From the NCBI GenBank assembly GCA_963667845.2, contig CAXXVL010000001.1, forward strand, positions 800,001 to 864,000: a stretch of DNA of 64,000 nucleotides, read 5' to 3'. The notes below the pieces were generated by a model. It searched no databases. It saw only the letters and a list, made by a program, of their open reading frames with translations, and had not been told where the DNA came from. Source of the DNA: Smithellaceae bacterium (GTDB lineage: Bacteria > Desulfobacterota > Syntrophia > Syntrophales > Smithellaceae). Shown here piece by piece: positions 41,496 through 51,454 of this stretch; within the stretch, counting starts at the first letter, position 1; every line of letters starts with the position of its first letter. Position numbers and translations under genes: made by a program.

Positions 41496-43571
41496 TTATA
41501 AATCCATTCCAAAACGAACTGCCTCAAGCGCTTTTTCTTTCGCCTTCATTAATATATCCCGCGACACGACGCACGCTTCTTTCTGCATGGCTTCCAGTTT
41601 TCGTCCTGTCAGTGGAGGATAGCAGACGGGAATTTGTAATTCTTCGGCCAATGGTGGAATTTTAGAAGATCGGGCGATTGCTGCAACCCTGCATCCCATC
41701 CATGCCGCGATTAAAAGTCCATGGTATCTGCTGCTGATGATCACAGAGCAATCATCGATCGGTGATAACAGAGCGCGAATGTCTCCATGCATGTAATCCG
41801 GAATACTGAGAACCAATTTTCTTTTCGTCCACCAGCCCAGATCAGCCGTCATTTGTTCATAGATTTGGCATTCGTGTCGTGCAATCTTACGCATATCGCC
41901 CGCAATAAACGACGTCGTTTTCCACCTTGTCACGAGAAAATCCTTTACACCGGCGATATCTTCATCGGAAAGCGTATCTCCCGCAATGATAACACCAAGA
42001 TTAAATTTCTTTCTGATGCTTCGATTCGCATCGACACAATCAGCAAGAATGATATTTGCTAAATCGGCTCCTGAATATATCTTAGAACTCGGAACACCAA
42101 GCATCTTAGTCAGAATATCGGCACTGTGCTGATCCCTTGTCGAAATTTTATCAAAGGCATTGGCTACCAATGAGAACCTTTCTTTTTCGGGTTCGATTTC
42201 CAGTTCTGCTCCAACATTCACCAGGCATTTTCGATCAAACGTATTCATATACGGCAATTGCTCGAGCCAATATTTGAGCACATAATCTCCGCAGGTCAGT
42301 TGAAACGGAGTGGCTCCCGGTCCCACCCACGTCGTGTGGATTCCTGCCGCCTTGTCCTGTGAATTATCGGGCAATTCACGATGCCATGAAATATCGGGGA
42401 ATCTTTTCTTTTGCGACTCCATAAAATAGCTTGTCGCGACGTGAGTTTTAAATTGCACTCCCTGATAAGAAGAGAGTGTGTTCTGAAATCCGGCGATCAT
42501 CAGATCATCACCGATATTTCCATGCCCCCAGAAATCAAATCCGACATATGCCGAACGGATGGTGTTTTTCTTAACGGCCGCTTTCTTGTTTTCAGGAACA
42601 TGCGAATCGGATACCGGAGAAAGCCATGCATCAACATCGCTGCCGGGTATTTCAGTTATTATCGAAAATTCATCATTCACTCCGTAACTGATAATCCATT
42701 TGTCATCTTTGAAAACGGCCCCGCAGGGATAGAGCACTTGCTTTACCGCAGGATTAAGTCTCTCCGGGGAATCATTAAAGCCAAAAGGGTTTGCCAAATC
42801 AAGCGGTTTGAGAGAAACATCTTTCGGGGCAAAGGGAAAGTCGGCTTCAAAACGATACACAGCCGGTGCATACATAAAGTTTCCTAAAACGCCATAAACT
42901 GAATGGCAGAAATTATAATAGTAATTTCCTGATCGCTGAGGAGGGGCTCCTCCTCTTAACTCGCCGTAAGAATCCCGTCGGCCATTGCTGTCCCAATTTA
43001 CAGCAGCCGTAGGATGAAATTTTATTTCGTTTTCTCCCTGAAGTGAAAATTCCATAACACAATGCGGTTCTATGGAATAAATGGCATAGAAAGGATCATC
43101 GCCAAAAAATGTCCAATTCTTTTCAATCGGACGCCGTTCTCCTTCCAGGACAATTTCTCTCGCCCGGCCAATTGGTTTTAAAGTTGATTCATCCAGTTCA
43201 ACAATAAACTGATGATTAAACGGTTCATGCATGCCGGAATTCCAATAAACAAAAAGTTGTCCTGCCAATCGAAATAAACGCGGATCGGCAAACCAGCTTA
43301 CTGTTCTGTCACAAAGGGAATGGTTATTCGGAAATTGAACGATATCACTAAAAGGAACAATTGTTTCTTTTTTGATTTGATAATCGGAATCAAGGCGACA
43401 GAGGGCAATTCGCCTTAAACCATCTAATCCGATCATTCGATAGGCAAATATCCAGTCTTCCGTTCCTTCTATGATGCTCGGGTTAAACATATAAACTTTA
43501 CCCGACCGAAAGCACTTTTTCCAATTCTCAGGAATAAATTTCAGATTTTTAAGAACGACAGGTTTGTTCAT
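41496..43571 (-). CDS. Fusion of beta-propeller glycosidase/phosphorylase-like domain and polysaccharide pyruvyl transferase-like domain
   Basis: N-half: FNPSI, DPRL, EKNW, LRGG, VLYPCG, ISYGVND. C-half: GHGNIGDD, STRD, GADLA, SSRYHGLL. Confidence 0.7.
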   Translation of the reverse strand: MNKPVVLKNLKFIPENWKKCFRSGKVYMFNPSIIEGTEDWIFAYRMIGLDGLRRIALCRLDSDYQIKKETIVPFSDIVQFPNNHSLCDRTVSWFADPRLFRLAGQLFVYWNSGMHEPFNHQFIVELDESTLKPIGRAREIVLEGERRPIEKNWTFFGDDPFYAIYSIEPHCVMEFSLQGENEIKFHPTAAVNWDSNGRRDSYGELRGGAPPQRSGNYYYNFCHSVYGVLGNFMYAPAVYRFEADFPFAPKDVSLKPLDLANPFGFNDSPERLNPAVKQVLYPCGAVFKDDKWIISYGVNDEFSIITEIPGSDVDAWLSPVSDSHVPENKKAAVKKNTIRSAYVGFDFWGHGNIGDDLMIAGFQNTLSSYQGVQFKTHVATSYFMESQKKRFPDISWHRELPDNSQDKAAGIHTTWVGPGATPFQLTCGDYVLKYWLEQLPYMNTFDRKCLVNVGAELEIEPEKERFSLVANAFDKISTRDQHSADILTKMLGVPSSKIYSGADLANIILADCVDANRSIRKKFNLGVIIAGDTLSDEDIAGVKDFLVTRWKTTSFIAGDMRKIARHECQIYEQMTADLGWWTKRKLVLSIPDYMHGDIRALLSPIDDCSVIISSRYHGLLIAAWMGCRVAAIARSSKIPPLAEELQIPVCYPPLTGRKLEAMQKEACVVSRDILMKAKEKALEAVRFGMDL

Positions 43572-43704
43572 TCAATTCCGTGTTATAAAAAAGTTCATTG
43601 TAAATGTTGTGTCTAGTGGGGAAAAATTGGAAACGCAATAAACATCTCAAGATATTGTTCAAGTCTTTATTCGTTGCCTTTGAACTCAAATGTGAGTCTT
43701 GAGC

Positions 43705-43736
43705 AAAAAGCCGGAGCAACATGTGCTGCTCCGGCT
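43705..43736 (-). terminator. Rho-independent terminator of ppdK
   Basis: AGCCGGAGCA/TGCTCCGGCT stem with T-run on the minus strand. Confidence 0.8.
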
Positions 43737-43766
43737 CTTGTTTATTCATATCCTATCCGCTCCGAT

Positions 43767-46700
43767 TTATTTCTTCTTCGCGGTCTTCTTTGCTGCGGGT
43801 TTTTTAGCAGCCACTTTTTTCGGCGCCGCTTTCTTCACGGTGACTTTTTTAGCCGCCGGTTTTTTCGCGGCAACTTTCCTGGGGGCGGCTTTCTTGATTG
43901 CCGCCTTCTTCACAACCGCTTTCTTGACAGCCGGTTTCTTGGCCGCCGGTTTGGCGCTTGCCGTTTTAACGGCCACGGCTACCGCTTTTTTTACGGCCTT
44001 CGCCGTTTTGATCATCCCTTTGGCTTTGGCCAGGACTTTCTTGGCCGCTTTGGCAACTGCTTTCTTGACGGGTGCCGCGTTTCTCAGCGCAGCCTGAGCT
44101 GCGGCGAGTCTTGCAATGGGCACGCGGAAGGGCGAGCAGCTGACGTAATTCAGGCCGGTCAGATGGCAGAACTCGATGGAGCTGGGTTCGCCGCCGTGTT
44201 CGCCGCAGATGCCGACTTTCAGTTTGGGGTTGATGCCCCGGCCCTTGGCCACGGCCATCTGAATGAGCTGGCCCACGCCGTCGCGATCCAGAACGCGGAA
44301 CGGATCGACCGGCAGGATTTTCTTCGCGACGTATTCGGGCAGGAATTTACCGGCATCGTCACGGCTGTAACCGAAGGTCATCTGGGTCAGGTCATTGGTG
44401 CCGAAGGAGAAGAAGGCCGCCTCCTTGGCGATTTCATCGGCAGTGACTGCCGCGCGCGGCACTTCAATCATCGTTCCCACGGAATAATCGACCTTGACGC
44501 CGGTTTCTTCCATAACCTTTTTGGCGGTGGCAACGATGATTTCCTTCTGTGAGGTAAGTTCATTCACGGTGCCGACCAGCGGAACCATGACCTCGGGACG
44601 CGCATCCACGCCTTCTTTGGTCAACTGACAGGCAGCTTCAAAAACGGCGCGCGCCTGCATTTCGGTGATTTCCGGATAGGTAATGCCCAGGCGGCAGCCG
44701 CGATGGCCCAGCATGGGGTTGAACTCATGCAATGCATTGACCTTGGCCTTGACCGCTTCCAGCGATATGCCCATTTCTGCAGCCATTTCGCGCTGATTTT
44801 CTTCTTCATGCGGAACAAACTCATGCAGCGGCGGATCAAGCAGGCGGATAGTGACGCCGTATCCTTCCATGGCCTTGAGGATGCCGTAGAAATCTTCGCG
44901 CTGCATCGGCAGCAGCTTGGCGAGTGCGATTTTGCGGCCTTCCAGATTGTCGGCCAGGATCATTTCGCGCACGGCTTTGATGCGTTCGCCTTCAAAGAAC
45001 ATGTGCTCGGTGCGGCAAAGGCCGATGCCCTGCGCGCCGAAATTCCGGGCGACCGCCGCATCATGAGGCGTATCGGCGTTGGTGCGAATGCCCAGCTTTT
45101 TGGCTTCGTCGGCCCATTGCATGATGATGCCGAAATTTCCGGAGAGTTCTGCGGGCCTTGTTTTCACTTCGCCCAGCATGACTTCGCCGGTTGAACCGTC
45201 CAGGGAGATGTAGTCTCCTTCTTTGACGAGAGCGGTTTTAAACTTGATTTCCTTCCTGGCATAGCTGATTTCAATATCGCCGCAGCCGGAAACGCAGCAC
45301 TTGCCCATGCCGCGGGCGACAACGGCCGCATGCGAGGTCATGCCGCCGCGCTGGGTGAGGACACCCTGTGCCGCGCTCATGCCTTTGAGATCTTCGGGAG
45401 AGGTTTCAACGCGCACGAGAATAACTCTCTCTCCGCGTTTCTTCCAATCTTCCGCGTCATCCGCGTTGAAGACGACACGTCCCGTTCCCGCTCCGGGAGA
45501 GGCGGGCAGTCCCTTGGTGATGACATTGCGGGCCGCATTGGGATCAAAGGTCGGATGGAGAAGCTGGTCGAGCGATGTCGGATCGATGCGCAGAAGGGCC
45601 GTCTTTTTATCGATGAGTTTTTCATTGACCATGTCTACTGCGATGGTCACAGCGGCTTCGGCGGTGCGTTTGCCGGTCCGGGTTTGCAGCATCCAGAGTT
45701 TTTGATCCTGAATGGTGAATTCGATGTCCTGCATTTCTTTGTAGTGATGTTCCAGTCTGGTGTAGACGTTGACCAGGTCCTTGTAGGCGGCGGGCATGTA
45801 TTCTTCGAGGGACGGGAATGATTTTGCCCGATGTTCTTCGGAAACGTTATTGTCTCTGGCCCAGCGGCGGGAGCCGACGAGTGTGACCTGCTGCGGGGTG
45901 CGGATACCGGCGACGACATCTTCACCCTGGGCATTGATCAGGTATTCACCGTAGAACAGGTTTTCGCCGGTGGCCGGATCGCGGGTAAAGGCAACACCGG
46001 TGGCGCAGCTTTCACCCCGGTTGCCGAAGACCATCGCCTGAACGTTCACGGCGGTGCCCCATTTATCGTCAAAGCCGTTCATCTTGCGGTACAGGACGGC
46101 GCGCGGCGTGTTCCAGGACATGAAAACCGCGCCGATGGCGCCCCAGAGCTGTTCTTTAGGATCAGAGGGAAATTCCTTGCCCAGTTTTTCGACGATGAGC
46201 TTTTTAAAGCGGCTGACCAGTTCTTTCAAGTCGGCAATGGTCATGTCGAGATCGGCCTTGATGCCTCGTTCGGCTTTGAGTCCGTCCATGACTTCTTCGA
46301 ACGGGTCATGCGCGTCCTTGTCTTCGGGTTTGAGGCCCATGACGACGTCACCGTACATCTGGACGAAACGGCGGTAAGAATCCCAGCCGAATCGTTCATT
46401 CCCGGATTGGTTGATAATGCCGATAACGGTCTCATCGTTGAGGCCGAGATTGAGAACGGTGTCCATCATGCCCGGCATCGAGACGCGCGCGCCGGAACGG
46501 ACGGATAACAGAAGCGGCTTGGCCGGGTCGCCGAATTTCGCGCCCATGGCCGTTTCCACTTTTTTCAGCGCTGTTTCTACGTCTTTTTCGAGTCCTGCGG
46601 GGAAGCGTTTATTGTTCTCATAAAATTCAACGCAGACATCGGCCGTGATCGTGAATCCCGCAGGTACCGGAATTCCCAGGTTCGCCATTTCGGCCAGGTT

Positions 46701-46784
46701 CGCCCCTTTGCCGCCGAGAAGGTTCTTCATGTCGGCTCTGCCTTCATTGATGCCCTTCCCGAATGTGTAAACACGTTTAGCCAT
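43767..46784 (-). CDS. ppdK: Pyruvate phosphate dikinase with C-terminal histone-H1-like Lys/Ala tail
   Basis: [29 protein letters not shown] (phospho-His), GTNDLTQ, CGEHGG; then ~101-aa xxxKK tail. Confidence 0.97.
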   Translation of the reverse strand: MAKRVYTFGKGINEGRADMKNLLGGKGANLAEMANLGIPVPAGFTITADVCVEFYENNKRFPAGLEKDVETALKKVETAMGAKFGDPAKPLLLSVRSGARVSMPGMMDTVLNLGLNDETVIGIINQSGNERFGWDSYRRFVQMYGDVVMGLKPEDKDAHDPFEEVMDGLKAERGIKADLDMTIADLKELVSRFKKLIVEKLGKEFPSDPKEQLWGAIGAVFMSWNTPRAVLYRKMNGFDDKWGTAVNVQAMVFGNRGESCATGVAFTRDPATGENLFYGEYLINAQGEDVVAGIRTPQQVTLVGSRRWARDNNVSEEHRAKSFPSLEEYMPAAYKDLVNVYTRLEHHYKEMQDIEFTIQDQKLWMLQTRTGKRTAEAAVTIAVDMVNEKLIDKKTALLRIDPTSLDQLLHPTFDPNAARNVITKGLPASPGAGTGRVVFNADDAEDWKKRGERVILVRVETSPEDLKGMSAAQGVLTQRGGMTSHAAVVARGMGKCCVSGCGDIEISYARKEIKFKTALVKEGDYISLDGSTGEVMLGEVKTRPAELSGNFGIIMQWADEAKKLGIRTNADTPHDAAVARNFGAQGIGLCRTEHMFFEGERIKAVREMILADNLEGRKIALAKLLPMQREDFYGILKAMEGYGVTIRLLDPPLHEFVPHEEENQREMAAEMGISLEAVKAKVNALHEFNPMLGHRGCRLGITYPEITEMQARAVFEAACQLTKEGVDARPEVMVPLVGTVNELTSQKEIIVATAKKVMEETGVKVDYSVGTMIEVPRAAVTADEIAKEAAFFSFGTNDLTQMTFGYSRDDAGKFLPEYVAKKILPVDPFRVLDRDGVGQLIQMAVAKGRGINPKLKVGICGEHGGEPSSIEFCHLTGLNYVSCSPFRVPIARLAAAQAALRNAAPVKKAVAKAAKKVLAKAKGMIKTAKAVKKAVAVAVKTASAKPAAKKPAVKKAVVKKAAIKKAAPRKVAAKKPAAKKVTVKKAAPKKVAAKKPAAKKTAKKK

Positions 46785-46889
46785 ATATTTATCTCCTTTG
46801 GAAAGAATTTCCTGATGTTGAAATAGTGAAGCGCTGAGTTTAATAAATTAAATAGAGAGTGCTGTAAAGTATTTTTTCTTCCCCAATAT

Positions 46890-46923
46890 AAAAACCCCTG
46901 CCGGGGGATGCGCAGGGGCTTTT
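46890..46923. terminator. Probable (bidirectional) terminator
   Basis: AAAA CCCCTGC...GCAGGGG CTTTT. Confidence 0.6.
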
Positions 46924-46952
46924 ACTTCTGGTACTATTAAAGAGGGAAGGGT

Positions 46953-47228
46953 TTAGCTGATCAGGGTTTTTAACGCATCGACAACCGGTGCCGTAAATAT
47001 GGCAACCAGAATCGTGTAAAGAGCAAAAGAACCAATCGCTTCACTCAAATAGAGTTTATCGTATTTACGTTTCAAAGAGACGATGATCAAACCACCGATA
47101 ATCAGGCAGCCGAAATGGAAGTAGGGGAAGCTGGCTTCGCCGGTTGCGCTGTATTGAGCAAAACTAAAGGTGGCAGTGGTCAGTATAATAAAACCGATGA
47201 GAAGACCTGTTTGCATGATTTTTTTCAT
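46953..47228 (-). CDS. Small membrane protein, hypothetical
   Basis: RBS GAGGAGG, signal peptide plus two TM segments. Confidence 0.75.
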   Translation of the reverse strand: MKKIMQTGLLIGFIILTTATFSFAQYSATGEASFPYFHFGCLIIGGLIIVSLKRKYDKLYLSEAIGSFALYTILVAIFTAPVVDALKTLIS

Positions 47229-47446
47229 TATGCGAATCCTCCTCGATGAAAGATCAACTGCATTTGTTAATATGCTTATGAAATAAATGTGCCAAATCTC
47301 ATGAAAAAAGGTGAAGTGTTATATGTAATTAATATTATAAAGTTATTATCTGCCAGGGGTCGTTCGCTTTGCGATTTGATAAGTTTAAATATCCAATTGT
47401 ATTGAAAGAAACGTTCAATGCCTGTCAAAAAATGAAAAAAATATTT

Positions 47447-47507
47447 AATCACGCTTAAGCGGAACGAGCGTTAATTCTCCCTCAGCTTGCTGCGAGGTGG
47501 TTTGATT
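47447..47507 (+). repeat. Palindromic interspersed repeat, short diverged form (copy 6)
   Basis: AATCACGCTTAAGCGGAACGAGCGTTAATTCTCCCTCAGCTTGCTGCGAGGTGGTTTGATT. Confidence 0.8.
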
Positions 47508-47828
47508 TTTGGATAAACGAAATCACCAACCGGGTCTCGAAGGGATTCCCCTTTTACAGCGCAAGCCTGGCTCAAAATCGGACTTCTCTATGCCAGCCGA
47601 CAATCCGGCCGGGATTCAATGGATGGATTCAGCATTTTTTGATGGTGTAAACGGGTGTCGGATAACAAGCCGGCCAATCGTGTTTTGCGAAAGACGGTTT
47701 GATCTGCATTTAATGGTATTGCCGGGCGTGAATTTTACAGATATGGAGAAGGCCTGTCACGCCTGATCATTGCACAGATTTGTATGGAGTAACTTGCCGC
47801 AGGCCTTGCTTTACCATTAATCGGCATT

Positions 47829-49934
47829 ATGCTACAAATTATTATCATGAAAGAAAAAATGGCATACAAAAAAATACCCTTCCAGCACGCTCACGGGCGC
47901 TCCGGCCGAAAATCCGGGAGGCCGGAGGCATTTTCCTTTATGAAGCCCGATATCACGGCGCCGCTCAGGAGTGTCCTGGCCAAAATAGGAAAGCCGCCGT
48001 CCGCCCCTTTTGTACCTGATGATTTTCAGGTGAGCGCGCTTACCGCCATCAGGCAAAATGATTGCCTGGTGATTGCGCCGACCGGTTCCGGAAAAACCTG
48101 GATCGCCCGGGAGGCGATTCTGTCCGTCATGGAAAAAGGCGGGCGCTCCTGGTATGCCTCCCCGCTCAAGGCGCTTTCGAATTCGAAGTGGGTGGAGTTC
48201 GGTCTGCATTTTGACCCCGAAAACGTCGGCATTATTACCGGCGATACCAAAGAAAATACGGAAGCGCCGATTATTGTCGGCACGACGGAGATCCTGCGCA
48301 ATCAGCTCTATGATGCCATGCACGAAGGGCTGGACCTGAACTGCGATCTGGTCATTCTGGATGAGGCGCATTTCCTGGGCGACACCGACCGCGGTGTGGT
48401 CTGGGAAGAAATCATGATCTATCTGCCCGCGCGGGTGAATTTGCTCTTGCTTTCGGCCACCATCGGCAACGGCGATGAAATCGCCTCGTGGCTTTCTTCC
48501 ATCCGTCAGAAACCCTGTGCCGTGATTCGGGAGGAAAAACGCCCCGTGCCGTTGTATCCGATGTTTCTGCATCCTTCCGGCTGCCTGCACCCTTACCTGG
48601 AGGGGAAAAAAGCCGGGCCGGCCGTTTGTGAGTTTTTGAAGAAAGATAAGTTCCGGCCCCGGGGAAGCCAGCGTCCGCCGGACTATGCGGGAATCATCCG
48701 CGTGCTGGAGCGCTTCAACCTGCTGCCGGCCATCTTCTTTCTGAAGTCGCGGGCGGAATGCGATACGGCACTGTCGAGCCGTTCGGGACTTCCTCCAATG
48801 AAAGCCGGCGACGCGTTCACCGACGATTTGTATGAGATGCTGGACCGGTTTCCAAGTCTCAGCACGCACCGGCAGATCAAGGCGCTCCGGGCGGCGGGAC
48901 TGGCGGCGCATCACGGCGGGCAGTTGCCTGCCTGGAAGCTCCTCATTGAAGAAATGATGAACCGGGGGCATCTGCGGGCGATTTTTGCCACCTCAACGAT
49001 TGCCGCGGGCGTGAATTTTCCGGCGCGGACGATTGTGTTGTTTAATTCCGACCAGTTTAACGGCCGTGATTTTGTGCCGCTCACCGCAACGGAGTTCCGG
49101 CAGATGACCGGGCGGGCTGGCAGGCGCGGGCAGGACAACATCGGTTTCATGCTGGCGATCGCGGGCCGGTTTATGGATCTGGGGCACGTCCGGAAACTGC
49201 TCCATGCAGCACCGGAAAATATTTTGAGCCAGTTGAAAAATGATTTTGGAATGGTGCTGAATCTGCTCCTTTCGCAGACGCCGGCCGGTGTGAAAAAGAT
49301 ATTTGAAAAATCGTTCGCCGCCTGGCAGCAAAACAAGACGGATTTATCCAAAGCGTCCGCTGCGGATTTGCTGTGGAAGGATTTTTTCCTGCATCTGGAA
49401 TTTTTGCAGCGGGAAGGTTTTGTGGATGCCGCGGGCAAGCTCACGGACGACGGACGGTGGACAGCGCATCTGCGGCTGGACCATCCGCTTCTCGTTGCCG
49501 AGTGCCTGCGGCAAAATGCTTTGCCCGAAGATGACGATAAATTGCTGGCCGCCGTCGTTGCGGTTTTTGCTTATGATCGTGACGATGAAATGCAGCTGAT
49601 GACCAGGGAGCTCCCGCATAAACTGATGGCCGCATTGCGTAAAATGCTGGTGACCGTCAAGCCGCTGGCCCGCCGTCTGGAGGCGGCAGGTTTTATCAGC
49701 GCGAAGCTTCGCACATCGGCGGGCGTGGCCATGTATTACTGGGCGCAGGGACGCAGTTGGGAAGAGGTGATCAAGGCAACAGGCGTTGCGGAAGGCGACA
49801 TGGCCTCCTTGATTTTCCGAACGGGGGACAATCTGCGGCAGATCGCTGCGCTTAAGGATTCGCATCCCGAAGTGGCGGCCTGCGCGTATCGGGCGCGGGA
49901 GGCGATCCTGCGCGAACCGGTCCTCTTTCTCTGA
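47829..49934 (+). CDS. Ski2/HelY-like SF2 helicase
   Basis: APTGSGKT, SPLKALSN, DEAH, SAT, HHGG, QMTGRAGRRG; true start may be 47847-47940. Confidence 0.9.
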   Translation: MLQIIIMKEKMAYKKIPFQHAHGRSGRKSGRPEAFSFMKPDITAPLRSVLAKIGKPPSAPFVPDDFQVSALTAIRQNDCLVIAPTGSGKTWIAREAILSVMEKGGRSWYASPLKALSNSKWVEFGLHFDPENVGIITGDTKENTEAPIIVGTTEILRNQLYDAMHEGLDLNCDLVILDEAHFLGDTDRGVVWEEIMIYLPARVNLLLLSATIGNGDEIASWLSSIRQKPCAVIREEKRPVPLYPMFLHPSGCLHPYLEGKKAGPAVCEFLKKDKFRPRGSQRPPDYAGIIRVLERFNLLPAIFFLKSRAECDTALSSRSGLPPMKAGDAFTDDLYEMLDRFPSLSTHRQIKALRAAGLAAHHGGQLPAWKLLIEEMMNRGHLRAIFATSTIAAGVNFPARTIVLFNSDQFNGRDFVPLTATEFRQMTGRAGRRGQDNIGFMLAIAGRFMDLGHVRKLLHAAPENILSQLKNDFGMVLNLLLSQTPAGVKKIFEKSFAAWQQNKTDLSKASAADLLWKDFFLHLEFLQREGFVDAAGKLTDDGRWTAHLRLDHPLLVAECLRQNALPEDDDKLLAAVVAVFAYDRDDEMQLMTRELPHKLMAALRKMLVTVKPLARRLEAAGFISAKLRTSAGVAMYYWAQGRSWEEVIKATGVAEGDMASLIFRTGDNLRQIAALKDSHPEVAACAYRAREAILREPVLFL

Positions 49935-50057
49935 GACCGGCTTGCTTTTTACGGCCACCTTTGTTGGCCGCGTCGTCGGTTTCCTCGACGTATATAAAAT
50001 ACGCCTGCGGAACCTCCTCCTTGCCGTCGCGGTGGCCTGAAAAATCAAGCCGGTCTC
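49933..50057. mobile_element. MITE-like element with 27-bp terminal inverted repeats
   Basis: GAGACCGGCTTGCTTTTTACGGCCACC ... GGTGGCCTGAAAAATCAAGCCGGTCTC; central GACGTA..TACGCC hairpin. Confidence 0.7.
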
Positions 50058-50175
50058 GAACAAGATGTTTGGCCTCGTCTCTTTACGGCGCCTTGCATCC
50101 AGGCGCTCGCGTGCCCTTCAGGGTATTTGAACAGCCTTGCTGATGCGGTGAGGAAGGAATGCTCTAAATTTAAGT

Positions 50176-51354
50176 ATGCTGAAAAAAATATCGATCATTC
50201 TTGTTTTTGTGTTTTGTGTTTTATCATCGGTGCCGGTTTTTGCGGCCAACGGGCGTGTGGCGGAACTGCGAAACGGCAACTACCAGGCCAATCTCCTGGA
50301 GGCGATCAATAAATCGTTTAATCAGGACGCCGCGGGCGCCGATGCTGCACTCAAAAAATCTCTGGACATGGAACCGGACAATCCGCTGGGTTACGCTCTG
50401 GAAGCCATGCTGCATTTGTTTGCCTACGAAATGTGTTTTACGCTGGCCGAGCGGCAGAAGGAAAGGGATGCGATCATCTTTTATTCTGAAGCGGCTCTTT
50501 TTCGCGGAGAAAAACGAATTGCCGAACATCCCAAAGACAGCAAGGCCAATTTGGCCATAGGGCTGGCCAAGATCGCCAAAGTGCATTGGGCCATCAAGGA
50601 AAAAAAATATCTGGTCATGGCTCAGGAAACGTCGCATGTCTGGAAATATCTCGAAACGGCGAAGGCCGCCGATCCGAGTAATTACGACGTCGATTTTTTG
50701 ATGGGTCTGCTCCACTACCACATTGACCACTTTCCGGGCGTAACCGGTTTCCTGTCTTCATACCTCATCACGAAGGGAGATCGGCAAAAGGGCCTTCAGG
50801 AAATACAAACAGCGGCGCAAAAAGGATATCTGCTTAAGGATATCGCGCAGGTGGAACTGGCGACGGTCTATCTCAGCTATGAGAGGCAGCCGGCGAAAGC
50901 CCTGCCTGTTATCCAGGAGCTCAACCGGCGGTTTCCGGATAACTACAATTTCTATTTTACCCTGGGCGTGACGCTGGCTGAATTGAAGCGTTTTGCGGAG
51001 GCGGAAGCCGTGGCCGCGCGAATCGAAAAGAGCATCAGCTCCGGCGCGCCGTCTTTCGTCCCCGAGCTCCGGCCGCGTTATTACCAGCTGCTGGGGCGAA
51101 TCCATTTCAACCGCGGGGAATACGGCCGGGCGGAATCCAATTTTCAAAAAGCGATGCAGGATAAGTCATTCTACAACATCCGCACCATGGCCCGGTCGTT
51201 GCTTTACCTGGGCATGATCCATGACATCCGCCAGGAGCGCAAATATGCGGAGGACTATTACAGGCGGGTGCTCAATGTCGAAGGCGCCGATGGAGCGGCG
51301 CGCCTGGAAGCAGCCGCATATCTGAAGATCCCTTTTCAGGCGAACAGCAAATGA
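50176..51354 (+). CDS. Exported TPR protein
   Basis: Signal peptide, multiple TPR-like helical repeats. Confidence 0.8.
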   Translation: MLKKISIILVFVFCVLSSVPVFAANGRVAELRNGNYQANLLEAINKSFNQDAAGADAALKKSLDMEPDNPLGYALEAMLHLFAYEMCFTLAERQKERDAIIFYSEAALFRGEKRIAEHPKDSKANLAIGLAKIAKVHWAIKEKKYLVMAQETSHVWKYLETAKAADPSNYDVDFLMGLLHYHIDHFPGVTGFLSSYLITKGDRQKGLQEIQTAAQKGYLLKDIAQVELATVYLSYERQPAKALPVIQELNRRFPDNYNFYFTLGVTLAELKRFAEAEAVAARIEKSISSGAPSFVPELRPRYYQLLGRIHFNRGEYGRAESNFQKAMQDKSFYNIRTMARSLLYLGMIHDIRQERKYAEDYYRRVLNVEGADGAARLEAAAYLKIPFQANSK

Positions 51355-51356
51355 GT

Positions 51357-51419
51357 GGAATGGTGGATAGTGAATAGTGGATAGTGAATGGTGGATGGTG
51401 GATAGTGAATAGTGGATAG
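51357..51419 (+). repeat. Heptamer tandem repeat (TGRATRG) x9
   Basis: ggaatgg tggatag tgaatag tggatag tgaatgg tggatgg tggatag tgaatag tggatag. Confidence 0.9.
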
Positions 51420-51454
51420 CGGCTTAAGCATCCAAGGATTGTACGAAAGACAAA

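Noticed and set aside
40545..43700. Inverted repeats bounding the AT-rich islet (TTCAAAG...GGCAA)
   Set aside because: Match is short and gapped, so it is not convincing as element ends.
43674..44552. Plus-strand ORFs with Phe/Ala/Gly/Arg repeats
   Set aside because: Antisense reading of the PPDK Lys/Ala tail.
47275..47296. Sigma54 promoter (TTGGCAC) upstream of the small membrane protein gene
   Set aside because: The -12 position reads TC rather than the required GC.
13737..47507. Six-copy repeat as a CRISPR array
   Set aside because: Copies are dispersed, vary in length and lack regular spacers; no cas genes are present.
47509..47766. 85-aa ORF after repeat copy 6
   Set aside because: TTG start, no RBS and no motif; likely spurious.
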